A stretch of DNA of 64,000 nt from Flavobacteriaceae bacterium (GCA_032251335.1 JAVVDW010000017.1:546-64545), one strand, 5' to 3'; shown: positions 46,136 to 56,904, counted from the first letter of the stretch. Numbers and translations: made by a program. The notes: a model not told the origin generated them from the sequence alone.

Positions 46136-47134
46136 ATGGAACTTTCGTTATCGATTGTGGTTCCGGTTTACAACAGGCCAGAGGAAATTGGGGAGTTGCT
46201 GGATAGTTTGTGCCATCAAACTGTCAAAACTTTTGAAGTCGTGATTGTTGAAGATGGATCGAATGAGAAGGCAGAAGCTGTAGTTGAGGCATTTCGAAAC
46301 CAACTCAATATCCTTTACCTGACGAAACCCAACACCGGTCCCGGCGATTCGCGAAATTATGGTATGGCACGTGCGCGCGGTAATTATTTTATCATTTTGG
46401 ACAGCGATTGCCTCTTGCCACCGCAATACATCGAAGTGGTAACTGAAAATTTAAAAACCAAGTACACCGATTTTTTTGGAGGTCCGGACACGATGCACCC
46501 CGATTTTTCGAATATTCAAAAGGCCATAAACCACAGCATGACGTCTTTTTTTACAACAGGTGGTATTCGAAATTCCGAATCGCAACGCAAATTTCAACCG
46601 AGAAGTTTCAATATGGGTATATCTAAAGAAGCTTTTGAAGCCAGCGGCGGCTTTGGAAATATTCACCCGGGCGAAGATCCGGATTTGACCTTGAGATTGT
46701 GGAAAATGGGTTTTAGTTCACAACTGATTTCCGAGGCCTTTGTATATCACAAAAGACGTATTTCTTGGTCAAAATTTTATAAACAAGTTTATAAATTCGG
46801 GGTTGCACGCCCCATACTCGACAGTTGGCATCCGGAGTTTAAATCGGTTACCTACTGGTTTCCGAGTCTGTTTTTGATAGCAGAAATGGCATCGATTTTC
46901 TTCCTTTTAGCCGGTTTTGGTTTTCCTGCATTTTTGTTTTTGTGCTACTTCGGTTTGGTCTGTTTGGATGCTTTTGTGAAGCGACAAACCCTTCGCACCG
47001 CTTTGTTGAGCATTTTGGCAGTTCAAATTCAATTTTTTGGTTATGGTTGGGGATTTTTGAAATCTTTTTTTAAGGTGCAGCTCTTGGCACAAAAACCACA
47101 AGTTGCTTTCCCCGATTTTTTCTTTAAACACTGA
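46136..47134 (+). CDS. Glycosyltransferase family 2 with C-terminal TM segments
   Basis: LSIVVPVYNRPEEI, VIVEDGS and ILDSDC (the DxD region). Confidence 0.88.
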   Translation: MELSLSIVVPVYNRPEEIGELLDSLCHQTVKTFEVVIVEDGSNEKAEAVVEAFRNQLNILYLTKPNTGPGDSRNYGMARARGNYFIILDSDCLLPPQYIEVVTENLKTKYTDFFGGPDTMHPDFSNIQKAINHSMTSFFTTGGIRNSESQRKFQPRSFNMGISKEAFEASGGFGNIHPGEDPDLTLRLWKMGFSSQLISEAFVYHKRRISWSKFYKQVYKFGVARPILDSWHPEFKSVTYWFPSLFLIAEMASIFFLLAGFGFPAFLFLCYFGLVCLDAFVKRQTLRTALLSILAVQIQFFGYGWGFLKSFFKVQLLAQKPQVAFPDFFFKH

Positions 47135-47760
47135 TGTCAAATATGGAGACAATCGTACATTATTTTCCTGATTTGACCGATTTGCAAAAAGCACAGTTTG
47201 CAATGCTCGGTGATTTGTACAAAGATTGGAACTTGAAAATCAATGTGATTTCCCGTAAGGACATCGAACATTTATACACGCGCCATGTACTGCACAGCTT
47301 GGCAATTGCCAAAGTAATTTCTTTTAACGCCGATGCTAAAGTGTTGGATGTTGGGACGGGAGGTGGTTTTCCGGGCATACCTTTGGCCATTCTTTTCCCG
47401 GAAACAAACTTTTTACTGATAGACGCAATCGGAAAAAAAATTACGGTGGTAAATGCCGTTTCAGAAGCTTTAAACTTGCAGAATTTGAGAGCGGCACACA
47501 CACGTGCCGAAGCGGTAAAAGATCGTTTTGATTTTATCGTCAGCCGTGCGGTGACCAATATGCCTGATTTTGTAAATTGGGTTAAAGGCAAAACGTATAA
47601 AGAAAATAAACATCCACTCAAAAACGGCATCCTTTACCTGAAAGGTGGCGATTTGGCAGCAGAACTGAAGCCTTTTCCAAAAGCCAAATGTTATCCCATT
47701 TCAGACTTTTTTGGCGAGGCTTTTTTTGAGACTAAAAGTGTTGTGCATCTGCCGATGTGA
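47134..47760 (+). CDS. rsmG: 16S rRNA (guanine527-N7)-methyltransferase
   Basis: WNLKINVISRKDIEHLYTRHVLHSL and the SAM motif DVGTGGGFPGIPLAI. TGATG overlap with the upstream GT2 gene. Confidence 0.93.
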   Translation: MSNMETIVHYFPDLTDLQKAQFAMLGDLYKDWNLKINVISRKDIEHLYTRHVLHSLAIAKVISFNADAKVLDVGTGGGFPGIPLAILFPETNFLLIDAIGKKITVVNAVSEALNLQNLRAAHTRAEAVKDRFDFIVSRAVTNMPDFVNWVKGKTYKENKHPLKNGILYLKGGDLAAELKPFPKAKCYPISDFFGEAFFETKSVVHLPM

Positions 47761-47801
47761 GTGAGCAAAGACCAAGTTGATCAGATCTATTTTCCTGTAT
47801 T

Positions 47802-49496
47802 TTAGACCAATCCAACCCAAAGTCCGTCTGCGTTTTTAGTAACTTTGGCCAGTTGATTTTGGGTGAGTTCTTTAATGGCTTTGTCCCATTTTTTGTTGGA
47901 CAAACCGGATTGATTTTTCACATCTTCCAGTAACTTTTCACCTTCCGCTTTTAAGTGGTTTAGTATTTCTTTTGCTTCATCGCTCAGTGGGATGGCTTTT
48001 TTCTCGGGTTTCATTTGCGGGAAGAACAAGACTTCTTGTATGGAACTGTTGTTGGTCATCAGCATGACGAGTCTGTCTATGCCTATGCCAATTCCGGCCG
48101 TGGGCGGCATGCCGTATTCTAAAGCGCGTAAAAAGTCCTGATCGATAAACATGGCTTCATCGTCACCTTTTTCAGACAGACGAAGTTGGTCTTCAAATCG
48201 AAGTCTTTGTTCTATGGGGTCATTGAGCTCGGAGTAGCAATTGGCAATTTCTTTACCATTGATGAGCAACTCAAATCGCTCTGTGAGTTCGGGATTGTCT
48301 CTATGTTGCTTGGTAAGCGGACTCATCTCTTTGGGATAGTCGATAATAAAAGTAGGTTGTATATAATGATGTTCACAAGTTTCGCCAAACAATTCGTCTA
48401 TCAGTTTGCCCTTGCCCATGGTTTCGTCAACTTCCAAGTGAAGTTTTTTACAAACTTCCCTCAACTCGTTCTCGTCCATGCCGGCAACATCAAATCCGGT
48501 ATGTGTTTTAATGGCTTCAAGTATGGGCACGCGCGGATAGGGCGCTTTAAAGTTGATTTCTTTATCGCCCACTTTTACGGTTGTTTTTTGATGTACTTTT
48601 TGGGCAATTTCTTCCAACAGTTTTTCGGTGGTTTCCATCATCCATCGGTAATCTTTGTAAGCCACATACAACTCCATCACTGTAAATTCCGGATTGTGGG
48701 TGCGGTCCATACCCTCGTTTCGGAAGTCTTTCGAAAACTCATAGACGCCATCAAATCCGCCTACAATTAGTCTTTTTAGATACAATTCGTTGGCAATTCG
48801 CAAGTAGAGCGGAATGTCCAAAGCGTTGTGGTGCGTGACAAACGGACGGGCCGAGGCCCCACCGGGAATGGGTTGTAGTATAGGCGTTTCCACTTCCAAA
48901 TATCCCATGCGGTTGAGAAATTCGCGAATGGTGTTGGTGATTTGCGTTCTTTTGACAAAAGTGTCTTTAACGGCGTCGTTTACGATCAAATCTACGTAAC
49001 GTCTGCGGTAGCGTTGTTCAGGGTCGGAGAAAGCGTCATGGGTTTTGCCGTCTGCATCTGTTTTGACAACCGGCAAGGGCCGCAAGGCTTTGGAAAGTAC
49101 GAATAGCTCGCGCGCATGCACAGAAATCTCACCGACTTGTGTTTTAAAAACCTCACCGCGAATACCGATAAAATCGCCTATGTCCAACAGTTTTTTAAAG
49201 ACAGCGTTGTACATGGTACCGATTTCGTCCGATGAGATATCATCGCGAGTAATATATACCTGAATGCGTCCGCTGCTGTCTTTCAATTCTGCAAACGAGG
49301 CTTTTCCCATGATGCGTCTGCTCATGAGCCTGCCGGCCAAAACCACTTCTTTTCCTTGTAGTTTTTCGTAATCTTTTACAATTTGGGTAGCGTGGTGGGT
49401 AATCTGAAAAGCGGCTGCCGGATAGGGTTCTATGCCCATTTTTCTGAGCTCAATCAGGCTTTCTCTGCGGATGTTTTCTTGTTCGCTGCGTTGCAT
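47802..49496 (-). CDS. lysS: Lysine--tRNA ligase (class II) with a ~70-aa C-terminal extension
   Basis: OB-fold N-terminus, class II motifs (FRNEG, GGIGIGIDRL), and an extra helical tail after FFPQMKPE. Confidence 0.96.
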   Translation of the reverse strand: MQRSEQENIRRESLIELRKMGIEPYPAAAFQITHHATQIVKDYEKLQGKEVVLAGRLMSRRIMGKASFAELKDSSGRIQVYITRDDISSDEIGTMYNAVFKKLLDIGDFIGIRGEVFKTQVGEISVHARELFVLSKALRPLPVVKTDADGKTHDAFSDPEQRYRRRYVDLIVNDAVKDTFVKRTQITNTIREFLNRMGYLEVETPILQPIPGGASARPFVTHHNALDIPLYLRIANELYLKRLIVGGFDGVYEFSKDFRNEGMDRTHNPEFTVMELYVAYKDYRWMMETTEKLLEEIAQKVHQKTTVKVGDKEINFKAPYPRVPILEAIKTHTGFDVAGMDENELREVCKKLHLEVDETMGKGKLIDELFGETCEHHYIQPTFIIDYPKEMSPLTKQHRDNPELTERFELLINGKEIANCYSELNDPIEQRLRFEDQLRLSEKGDDEAMFIDQDFLRALEYGMPPTAGIGIGIDRLVMLMTNNSSIQEVLFFPQMKPEKKAIPLSDEAKEILNHLKAEGEKLLEDVKNQSGLSNKKWDKAIKELTQNQLAKVTKNADGLWVGLV

Positions 49497-49521
49497 AGGT
49501 TTCGTTACTTTTTTAAAGTTG

Positions 49522-49529
49522 CAAAGATA
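49522..49529 (-). promoter_or_regulatory. -7 box TATCTTTG (minus strand)
   Basis: The plus strand reads CAAAGATA, 26 nt upstream of the lysS ATG. Confidence 0.45.
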
Positions 49530-49574
49530 AGGATGAAATTTGAACCCCGATAAGTTGTGGGTCTATAAATGCTA

Positions 49575-51038
49575 CTATTTAAAAACCAAACGCACATATT
49601 TTTCAATCAATTGGTTGATTTCTATTGAAATTTTAAATTGATACGCCACACCCACATACAAAAAAGTAGTGAGTATAGATTTTAAAACGATATTGATAAT
49701 GCTATGAAAAGGGAAGTCCCAATAATACAGCAAGGCAAACAAAAACAAGGAAAACACGAATAATTTGACGGTATTTTGTGTGAAAGGAAACAATTTAATT
49801 TTTCGGACGACAAAATACAGCTTTAAAATGCTATAGGCCAACATGCTCAAAAGTGTGGCGATAGCTGCGCCTTCTATACCCAAAGCAGGAATTAGCCAAA
49901 AGTTGAGACCGATGGTCGCTAAAATCAGAAAGATGCTGATGGCCAACACGATGCGGTAGTAATTTGAATTGAAAATAATTGCATTGTTGTTGCCGAGCAC
50001 CAACTCGAAATATTTAGAAAAGCCAATCAGAAAAACAATAGGGATGCCGCCGCTGTACTGTGCCGGAATTAGTTCGTAAATCTGATGCAGGTTTACGAGT
50101 ATCCCCAAAAAAATGAGTCCACCCACAAATTGCAGGTTGATAGAAGTTTGTTTGTAGAGTTTGTTTAATTCCGCAAAGTTTTGTTGTGCCATCAGTTTGG
50201 CGGTAAGCGGGTAGGTGATTTGGTGCATGGCCCTACCCGGTACGGCAATCACCGCAGCAATAAAAACGGCTACAGAGTAGTAAGCAACATTTTCTATTTG
50301 TACAAATTGTGAAATCATAAAACGATCTATATCAACGAGAAGTGCTGCAATACTACCCGAAATTAAGATAAAAAATGAATAGGTGAGGATAGAGATCAGC
50401 TTATCGGGCAAGTAAAATTTAAAGCTGGGTTTTTTAATCCAAAATGCGGTCAGCATCATGACGCTCGTATTCAACCCGTAAATCAAAACCAGTGAAAAGA
50501 CAAAAAAAACAGCTGTGATGATTTCAAAATAAACCAATAACAAGCTTACACTCACCAAAAAGCGCAAAAAAACTTCTTTTAAAAAACTTCCGAAAACAGA
50601 TTGAAAATGGACCTTTACCCAAGCGTAATATATTTCGAAATAGCTCATTAAAATACCCAAAACCGGCAAAAGCCAAATAAAATCGAGCAACAACGGATTT
50701 TCTCGACTGAGCCAAAGGGCAATTTCCGTGTATTTTAGATAAAAGACCAAGCCTAGCGGCAGAAAAAAAAGCAGCGGCAAAAAAAGCATGGCCGTGAGGA
50801 AGCCCGATTGTTTTTTGGCCGTTTCACCATGCGGATAAAATTTGACGATAGTGTTGTGCGCACCCAATGCCATCAAAGGCATCAAAATACCGGATGACGA
50901 CAAAACAAATGCTGTGACGCCGTAGTAGGTTTCGCCCAAAATTAAAGTGTACAGAAAAAGGGCGTTCACGGCACCTATCCCAAAACCAAAATAGGTAGTG
51001 AGGGTGTTCCTTATCGATTGTTTGATGACAATGCCCAT
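49575..51038 (-). CDS. Polysaccharide/oligosaccharide flippase (Wzx/MOP-type)
   Basis: 487 aa with ~12-14 TM helices. It directly abuts the upstream glycosyltransferase gene. Confidence 0.8.
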   Translation of the reverse strand: MGIVIKQSIRNTLTTYFGFGIGAVNALFLYTLILGETYYGVTAFVLSSSGILMPLMALGAHNTIVKFYPHGETAKKQSGFLTAMLFLPLLFFLPLGLVFYLKYTEIALWLSRENPLLLDFIWLLPVLGILMSYFEIYYAWVKVHFQSVFGSFLKEVFLRFLVSVSLLLVYFEIITAVFFVFSLVLIYGLNTSVMMLTAFWIKKPSFKFYLPDKLISILTYSFFILISGSIAALLVDIDRFMISQFVQIENVAYYSVAVFIAAVIAVPGRAMHQITYPLTAKLMAQQNFAELNKLYKQTSINLQFVGGLIFLGILVNLHQIYELIPAQYSGGIPIVFLIGFSKYFELVLGNNNAIIFNSNYYRIVLAISIFLILATIGLNFWLIPALGIEGAAIATLLSMLAYSILKLYFVVRKIKLFPFTQNTVKLFVFSLFLFALLYYWDFPFHSIINIVLKSILTTFLYVGVAYQFKISIEINQLIEKYVRLVFK

Positions 51039-52325
51039 CTATTTTTTTATCAAAGCTGCCAGAGAAGCCGTTAGATTTTTTCGACTGTAAACATCTATGT
51101 TTTTTGAATTGACCTGTAGTTTTCCTTCTTTGAATTTTTGAAAACTGTCAACTATATATTTTTTTAAGGCGATTTTTTCGCGGTGTTCAAAACACATGCC
51201 CGATTGTGTTTTTTCAAGCATATCCGACACTTCCCACGCAGCAGGACCGATGGCTAAAATAGGTCTTTTTGCCTGAAAATATTCAAAAATTTTACCCGGA
51301 ATGATTTGCCGCGTTTCTTCCGAATCAATTTCTATCAACAACAACATTTGAGCACCCGCTTGTGTTTTTTTTGCATCCAAATGAGGTAAATAACCGAGTT
51401 GTAAAACATGAGCAGACAACCCGTGTTCTTCGAGTGCATACAAAACTTCCCGGCTGACCACACCCGCCAAATCGATGCGTAATTTGTCTTTAAAATCGGC
51501 ATCTTCTTCAATTAATTCTGCCAAAACTTCCCAAAGATGTAACGGATTTCGAGCAGAAAGCAAAGAGCCGGTGTGAACGATGTTAAATACTTTAGCCGAC
51601 GGTTTTCCTGTTGAGATTTCTGTCTTGTCAAACCCATTTGTAATCAGCACGACAGGATTGTCGGTCCGCTTTTGATACAATTTTTGCAAGGCCTTACTCG
51701 TAACTAAAATGCTGTCGGCTTGGTCTAAAACGGATTGCTCCATCTTCAAATGTTTTTGTTTGGAGAAAGGCAGTAGTCTTAGTTTTTTGTGATAACCAAT
51801 GTCTGTCCACGGATCTCGAAAATCGGCCAACCAACGGATGCCCAAAGTGCGTTTTAAAGATTGACCAATTAGGTGTAAACTGTGTGGTGGACCGCTTGTG
51901 ATGATGACATCAACCGGATGCGCTTTGAGTTTTTTACTCAAAAATGCAACCGAAGGCTTTACCCATGATTTTCTGGCATCCGGAATAAAAAAATTACCCC
52001 TCACAAATAGCAAGAGCGTTTCTAAAAGTGATGGATTTTTATGTGAGATCATACCCGAACTGATTTTTTGAGTTTGCTTTTTGGCCAAGAAACCGGCCCA
52101 TCTGTAGGGTTCGGAGATGGGAAAACGAATCAGCTGTAAAGTGTCTGAAACTTCCTGCTGTAATTCTTTATCAACAATAGGGTAATGCGGATTGTCGGGT
52201 ACAAAAACGATGGGTTCGATGCCGAATTCGGGTAGGTATTTTACGAATTTCAACCAACGCTGTACACCGGGACCGCCTGCCGGTGGCCAATAATAGCAAA
52301 TGATAAGAACTTTGGTCATACACAT
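51039..52325 (-). CDS. Glycosyltransferase (GT4/GT-B fold)
   Basis: KVLIICYYWPPAGGPGVQRW N-terminus and a C-terminal GT-B half. The start is the ATG at 52325 or at 52319. Confidence 0.82.
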   Translation of the reverse strand: MCMTKVLIICYYWPPAGGPGVQRWLKFVKYLPEFGIEPIVFVPDNPHYPIVDKELQQEVSDTLQLIRFPISEPYRWAGFLAKKQTQKISSGMISHKNPSLLETLLLFVRGNFFIPDARKSWVKPSVAFLSKKLKAHPVDVIITSGPPHSLHLIGQSLKRTLGIRWLADFRDPWTDIGYHKKLRLLPFSKQKHLKMEQSVLDQADSILVTSKALQKLYQKRTDNPVVLITNGFDKTEISTGKPSAKVFNIVHTGSLLSARNPLHLWEVLAELIEEDADFKDKLRIDLAGVVSREVLYALEEHGLSAHVLQLGYLPHLDAKKTQAGAQMLLLIEIDSEETRQIIPGKIFEYFQAKRPILAIGPAAWEVSDMLEKTQSGMCFEHREKIALKKYIVDSFQKFKEGKLQVNSKNIDVYSRKNLTASLAALIKK

Positions 52326-52335
52326 TGGGTTGTTG

Positions 52336-52343
52336 CAAATGTA
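52336..52343 (-). promoter_or_regulatory. -7 box TACATTTG (minus strand)
   Basis: The plus strand reads CAAATGTA, 11-17 nt upstream of the two candidate ATGs. Confidence 0.4.
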
Positions 52344-52478
52344 AAATTTATTTAAAGAGTCTTTACTGGCAAATTTAGGGTTTCATTGTCTATTTCTTTA
52401 CAATGTTTATGAATGTGATTAGAATCCCTTTCAAAAGTTAAAGAAAAACTAAAAACTTCGCCTCGCTGTTATTTTTTC

Positions 52479-52486
52479 TAAATTTG
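52479..52486 (+). promoter_or_regulatory. -7 box TAAATTTG
   Basis: Exact motif 26 nt upstream of the ATG at 52512. Confidence 0.45.
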
Positions 52487-52511
52487 GAAATCGCAACCAA
52501 AAATCTATTCC

Positions 52512-55028
52512 ATGTTACGTCATTTTACGTATGTGTTCTTTCTCTCACTGATAATTTTTCAATTTTCATTCGCTCAAAAACCATCAAAGCCCAATGCATC
52601 AGATATTTACGAATCCATAAAAAAGCTCAATTTCGTAGGTTCGGCAATGTTTGTGGCTGCCCATCCTGATGATGAAAATACACGACTTATTTCCTACTTG
52701 GCCAACAGCCTCAAAGCCCAAACCACTTATCTGTCTATCACGCGTGGTGATGGTGGTCAAAATCTGATAGGGCCCGAATTGGGGCCTTTCTTGGGCGTTA
52801 TTCGCACCCAAGAATTACTGGCTGCCAGACGAACAGACGGTGGCCAACAAATGTTTACACGCGCTGTTGATTTTGGTTATTCTAAACATCCGGACGAGAC
52901 CTTTGCCATTTGGGACAAGCAAAAAATATTGGCGGATGTGGTTTTCGCCATTCGCAAACTACGGCCGGACGTCATCATCAATAGGTTTGACCACCGGTCG
53001 CCCGGAACTACCCACGGACACCACACCGGCTCGGCCATGCTCAGTTACGAAGCTTTTAGTTTGGCCGGCAATCCTGATGCATTTCCGGAACAATTAGACA
53101 AAGTAGATGTGTGGAAACCTCGAAGGATGTTCTTCAACACTTCCTGGTGGTTTTACGGCAGTCAAGAAAAATTTGAACAGGCCGATAAATCGGGTATCAC
53201 CCAAGTAGAGGTGGGCGATTTTTATCCAAGTTTAGGGCTTTCCAACGGCGAAATAGCCTCTTTGAGCAGAAGCCAGCACAAGAGTCAAGGATTTGGCTCT
53301 ACGGGGTCAAGGGGCGCCGAAACCGAATATTTAGAATTTATTAAAGGCCAGGCACCGCGTCCCAAATATAAAAACGACCTATTTGATGGCATTGACACAG
53401 GCTGGGGAAGACTTGCCAATGGCGAGGCTGTAAAAGAAGTGTTGGAATTAATTTTGATGCGCTTCGACCACCGCCAACCCGAGGCTAGCATTCCACTTTT
53501 ATTGGATGCGCAGGTATTAATCAGCAAGTTAAAAGACGACCATTGGCGCAGAATCAAACTGACAGAAATCAACGATATTATTGCGGCTTGCTCTGGCCTG
53601 TTTGTAGAAGCCGTTGCACAACAAGCATCGGTAGTGCCGGGGGAATCTATAAAAATCAATGTAGAAGCCATCAACCGCAGTGATTTTCCGGTAACCTTGA
53701 GTGGATTTAAAGTTTCATTGGCTCAAAACAGTGAAATTCTAAATTTGCAACTCAATAACAATGTGTCTCACAAACTGGAAACTATATTGACAATTCCTGA
53801 AGATACACCTTACAGCAGTCCTTATTGGCTACAAAAAGAGAAAGCCTTGGGTATTTATACCGTTGAACAGTCTGAATGGATTGGTTTACCGGAATCTCCG
53901 GCTGCGGCAACGGTCGATTTTTTACTTTCTTTTGGTGGCAAGTCAACCGTTTTGTTGCGCAGAGATGTAGTGTATAAATCAAACTCGCGTGTAGATGGCG
54001 AGGTGTACGAGCCATTTGTGGTTTTACCGCCGGCTACCGTTGGGATAGATGAAAAAGTATGGATGTTTACCGAAAATACCGCACAAAAAATACCTGTAAA
54101 AGTAGTTTACAACCAACAAAATATTTCCGGAACGGTTCGTTTGGATGCGCCTGAGGGATGGCAAATCAGTCCGGAAAGTTTCCCCTTCCAAGCCAAGGGC
54201 TCGTCAGAAAATTTTGAATTTATCGTAACACCACCTTCCGGCGAATCTTCCGGGACTTTTCGCCCAACTGTAGAGATAGGAGAAAAACGATACGCACTTG
54301 AAAAATTTGTCATCGACTATCAGCATATTCCCAAGCAAACCATATTGATGCCGTCCGAAGCCCAAGTCAGTAAAACCAATTTAAAAAAAGCGGGACTTCG
54401 CATTGCATATCTGCACGGAGCGGGCGATGACATTCCGCAAAGCTTGCGCCAAGTTGGCTATGAAGTGATTGAACTTAAGCCGGAGGAAATCAGTTCAGAA
54501 AACCTGAGTCAGTTTGACGCTTTGGTTATAGGTATCCGAGCCTATAATGTGCATGATCAGTTTGAATCAAAACAAAAGGAAATACTTACATATGTATCGC
54601 AGGGTGGTACGGTCGTTACCCAGTACAACACTACGGGCGACCTCAAGTTGAATGACTTTGCACCTTACCCGTTAAAAATCTCTCGTGAACGGGTAACAGA
54701 CGAGCAAGCTACAGCCATCTTTTTGGCACCCAATCATCCGGTACTCAATTATCCCAACAAAATCAGTGCTTCCGATTTTGACGGTTGGGTGCAAGAGCGT
54801 GGTCTGTATTTTCCGAACCAGTGGGATGCTGCGTACACGCCCATCCTAGGTATGAAAGATTCACAAGAACCAGAAGAGTTGCAAGGAGGTCTCTTGGTAG
54901 CTTCATACGGTAAAGGTTTTTATGTTTATACAGGCCTGAGTTTTTTTAGGGAATTACCTGCCGGCGTGCCGGGTGCTTTTAAATTGTTTGCAAATCTCTT
55001 AGCTTTGAGCCAAAATGGAAAACCCTAG
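52512..55028 (+). CDS. PIG-L/LmbE family deacetylase with a large C-terminal extension
   Basis: Signal peptide and the VAAHPDDEN zinc-deacetylase motif. The middle ~450 aa are beta-rich. The C-terminal IAYLHGAGDDIP...ALVIGIRAY region looks like a class I amidotransferase fold. Confidence 0.85.
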   Translation: MLRHFTYVFFLSLIIFQFSFAQKPSKPNASDIYESIKKLNFVGSAMFVAAHPDDENTRLISYLANSLKAQTTYLSITRGDGGQNLIGPELGPFLGVIRTQELLAARRTDGGQQMFTRAVDFGYSKHPDETFAIWDKQKILADVVFAIRKLRPDVIINRFDHRSPGTTHGHHTGSAMLSYEAFSLAGNPDAFPEQLDKVDVWKPRRMFFNTSWWFYGSQEKFEQADKSGITQVEVGDFYPSLGLSNGEIASLSRSQHKSQGFGSTGSRGAETEYLEFIKGQAPRPKYKNDLFDGIDTGWGRLANGEAVKEVLELILMRFDHRQPEASIPLLLDAQVLISKLKDDHWRRIKLTEINDIIAACSGLFVEAVAQQASVVPGESIKINVEAINRSDFPVTLSGFKVSLAQNSEILNLQLNNNVSHKLETILTIPEDTPYSSPYWLQKEKALGIYTVEQSEWIGLPESPAAATVDFLLSFGGKSTVLLRRDVVYKSNSRVDGEVYEPFVVLPPATVGIDEKVWMFTENTAQKIPVKVVYNQQNISGTVRLDAPEGWQISPESFPFQAKGSSENFEFIVTPPSGESSGTFRPTVEIGEKRYALEKFVIDYQHIPKQTILMPSEAQVSKTNLKKAGLRIAYLHGAGDDIPQSLRQVGYEVIELKPEEISSENLSQFDALVIGIRAYNVHDQFESKQKEILTYVSQGGTVVTQYNTTGDLKLNDFAPYPLKISRERVTDEQATAIFLAPNHPVLNYPNKISASDFDGWVQERGLYFPNQWDAAYTPILGMKDSQEPEELQGGLLVASYGKGFYVYTGLSFFRELPAGVPGAFKLFANLLALSQNGKP

Positions 55029-55125
55029 AAATGAACCTTCTTGGCGCAAGTGGTATGTGATGATTCTAATCGCAAATGTGCTGTATTTTTTGGTTTTTAT
55101 ATACTTGATGAATTTATACGCCTGA
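55015..55125 (+). CDS. 36-aa single-TM small protein (not in the ORF track)
   Basis: My translation is MENPRNEPSWRKWYVMILIANVLYFLVFIYLMNLYA*. It overlaps the PIG-L end by 14 nt and stops 1 nt before the symporter ATG. Confidence 0.4.
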   Translation: MENPRNEPSWRKWYVMILIANVLYFLVFIYLMNLYA

Positions 55126-55126
55126 T

Positions 55127-56827
55127 ATGCAGCTACTCGATTGGACAATATTGATAGGAACGCTTTCTTTTATAGTCTTTTACGGTTATTATAAATCTAA
55201 AGGCAGCAAGAATGTGAAAGATTATTTGCTAGCCAATAATGAATCTAAATGGTGGACAGTGGGTTTGTCTGTAATGGCTACTCAGGCTAGTGCGATTACC
55301 TTTTTATCTACGCCCGGACAAGCATTTCACGACGGAATGGGTTTTGTACAATTTTATTTTGGTATGCCTTTGGCGATGGTGGTGATTTGTGTCACGTTTA
55401 TTCCGATTTTTCATAAATTAAAGGTTTATACTGCCTACGAATTTTTAGAAAACCGATTTGATCTAAAGACACGTTCACTTGCCGCTATTTTGTTTCTGAT
55501 ACAAAGAGGTTTGGCAGCCGGCATAACCATTTATGCACCTGCCATTATTCTTTCGTCTATTTTGGGGTGGAACCTAAAAGTATTGAATATCCTTATCGGT
55601 ACCATGGTCATCATTTACACCGTTTCGGGAGGCACCAAAGCCGTGAGTGTCACACAAAAACAGCAGATGTTTGTCATCATGATGGGGATGTTTGCCGCTT
55701 TTTATTTTATTGTCAGTCAACTGCCCGAAGAGGTCAGTTTTGCAAACGCATTGCAGCTGGCCGGTGCAAGCGACAAAATGAAAATCATAGACTTTTCGTT
55801 TGATTTAGACAACAGATACACCATTTGGTCGGGGACTTTGGGCGCTTTCTTTTTGTTTCTTTCTTACTTTGGTACAGACCAGTCGCAGGTGCAGCGATAT
55901 TTGTCAGCAAAATCTGTCAGGGAAAGCCGGATGGGCTTGCTTTTTAATGCAGCTATCAAAATACCCATGCAATTTTTCATACTATTGGTGGGCGTGATGG
56001 TTTTTATCTTTTTTCAGTTTCAATCGGCACCTTTAAATTTTAGTCCCGCTGCCAATGAGGTGGTGAAAAACTCTGAATACGCCCAGCAATACACAGATTT
56101 GGAATTGGTGTATGCAGGCATGCAGCGTAGGAAAATGGAACTGAACATGAATTATCTGCAAGCGATTGAGAACCAAACGGATGACCGCGAAGCCTTGAAA
56201 AATAATATGGGACAGATAACTACGAAAGAAAAACAGATTAGGGAAGAAGCCAAAGAGTTGATATCGGCCGCAAACAAGTCAACCGAAACCAATGACAAGG
56301 ATTATGTTTTTATTTATTACATACTCAATTACCTTCCAAGCGGACTTATTGGGCTGCTTTTGGCTGTAATTTTTTCAGCAGCAATGTCTTCTACTGCATC
56401 CGAGTTAAATGCGTTGGCATCAACCACAGTGATGGATATTTACAAGAGAAATTTGAAAACAGAAAAAGGCGAAACCCATTATTTGAACGCCTCCAAGTGG
56501 TTTACGGTGATGTGGGGATTGATTGCCATTCTCTTTGCGAGTTTTGGTACTTTGTTTGAAAACCTTATCCAATTTGTGAACATAGTAGGCTCTATCTTTT
56601 ACGGCACCATACTTGGCATCTTTTTAGTGGCTTTCTATGTAAAATCCATCAAGGGTGCATCCGTTTTTTGGGCGGCTTTGTTGTCGGAAATACTTGTGAT
56701 AGCCGTGTTTTTTCAAGACATTCTCAGCTATCTTTGGCTAAATGTTTTGGGCGTTTTTCTGACCGTTCTCATGGCATTTATATTGCAACAATTTAACAAT
56801 TTCAGACACAGACAACTCACAGCTTAA
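55127..56827 (+). CDS. Sodium:solute symporter (SSS) family transporter
   Basis: 566 aa with ~13-14 TM. The GLSVMATQASAITFLSTPG pattern is typical of SSS, and there is an inserted cytoplasmic helical loop. Confidence 0.88.
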   Translation: MQLLDWTILIGTLSFIVFYGYYKSKGSKNVKDYLLANNESKWWTVGLSVMATQASAITFLSTPGQAFHDGMGFVQFYFGMPLAMVVICVTFIPIFHKLKVYTAYEFLENRFDLKTRSLAAILFLIQRGLAAGITIYAPAIILSSILGWNLKVLNILIGTMVIIYTVSGGTKAVSVTQKQQMFVIMMGMFAAFYFIVSQLPEEVSFANALQLAGASDKMKIIDFSFDLDNRYTIWSGTLGAFFLFLSYFGTDQSQVQRYLSAKSVRESRMGLLFNAAIKIPMQFFILLVGVMVFIFFQFQSAPLNFSPAANEVVKNSEYAQQYTDLELVYAGMQRRKMELNMNYLQAIENQTDDREALKNNMGQITTKEKQIREEAKELISAANKSTETNDKDYVFIYYILNYLPSGLIGLLLAVIFSAAMSSTASELNALASTTVMDIYKRNLKTEKGETHYLNASKWFTVMWGLIAILFASFGTLFENLIQFVNIVGSIFYGTILGIFLVAFYVKSIKGASVFWAALLSEILVIAVFFQDILSYLWLNVLGVFLTVLMAFILQQFNNFRHRQLTA

Positions 56828-56904
56828 TCAGTTAAAGAATTTATTTTATCATATAAATAACACTGTTTGCTATTCTTTCCTTTCAATTTAACAATTTCAT
56901 AACG

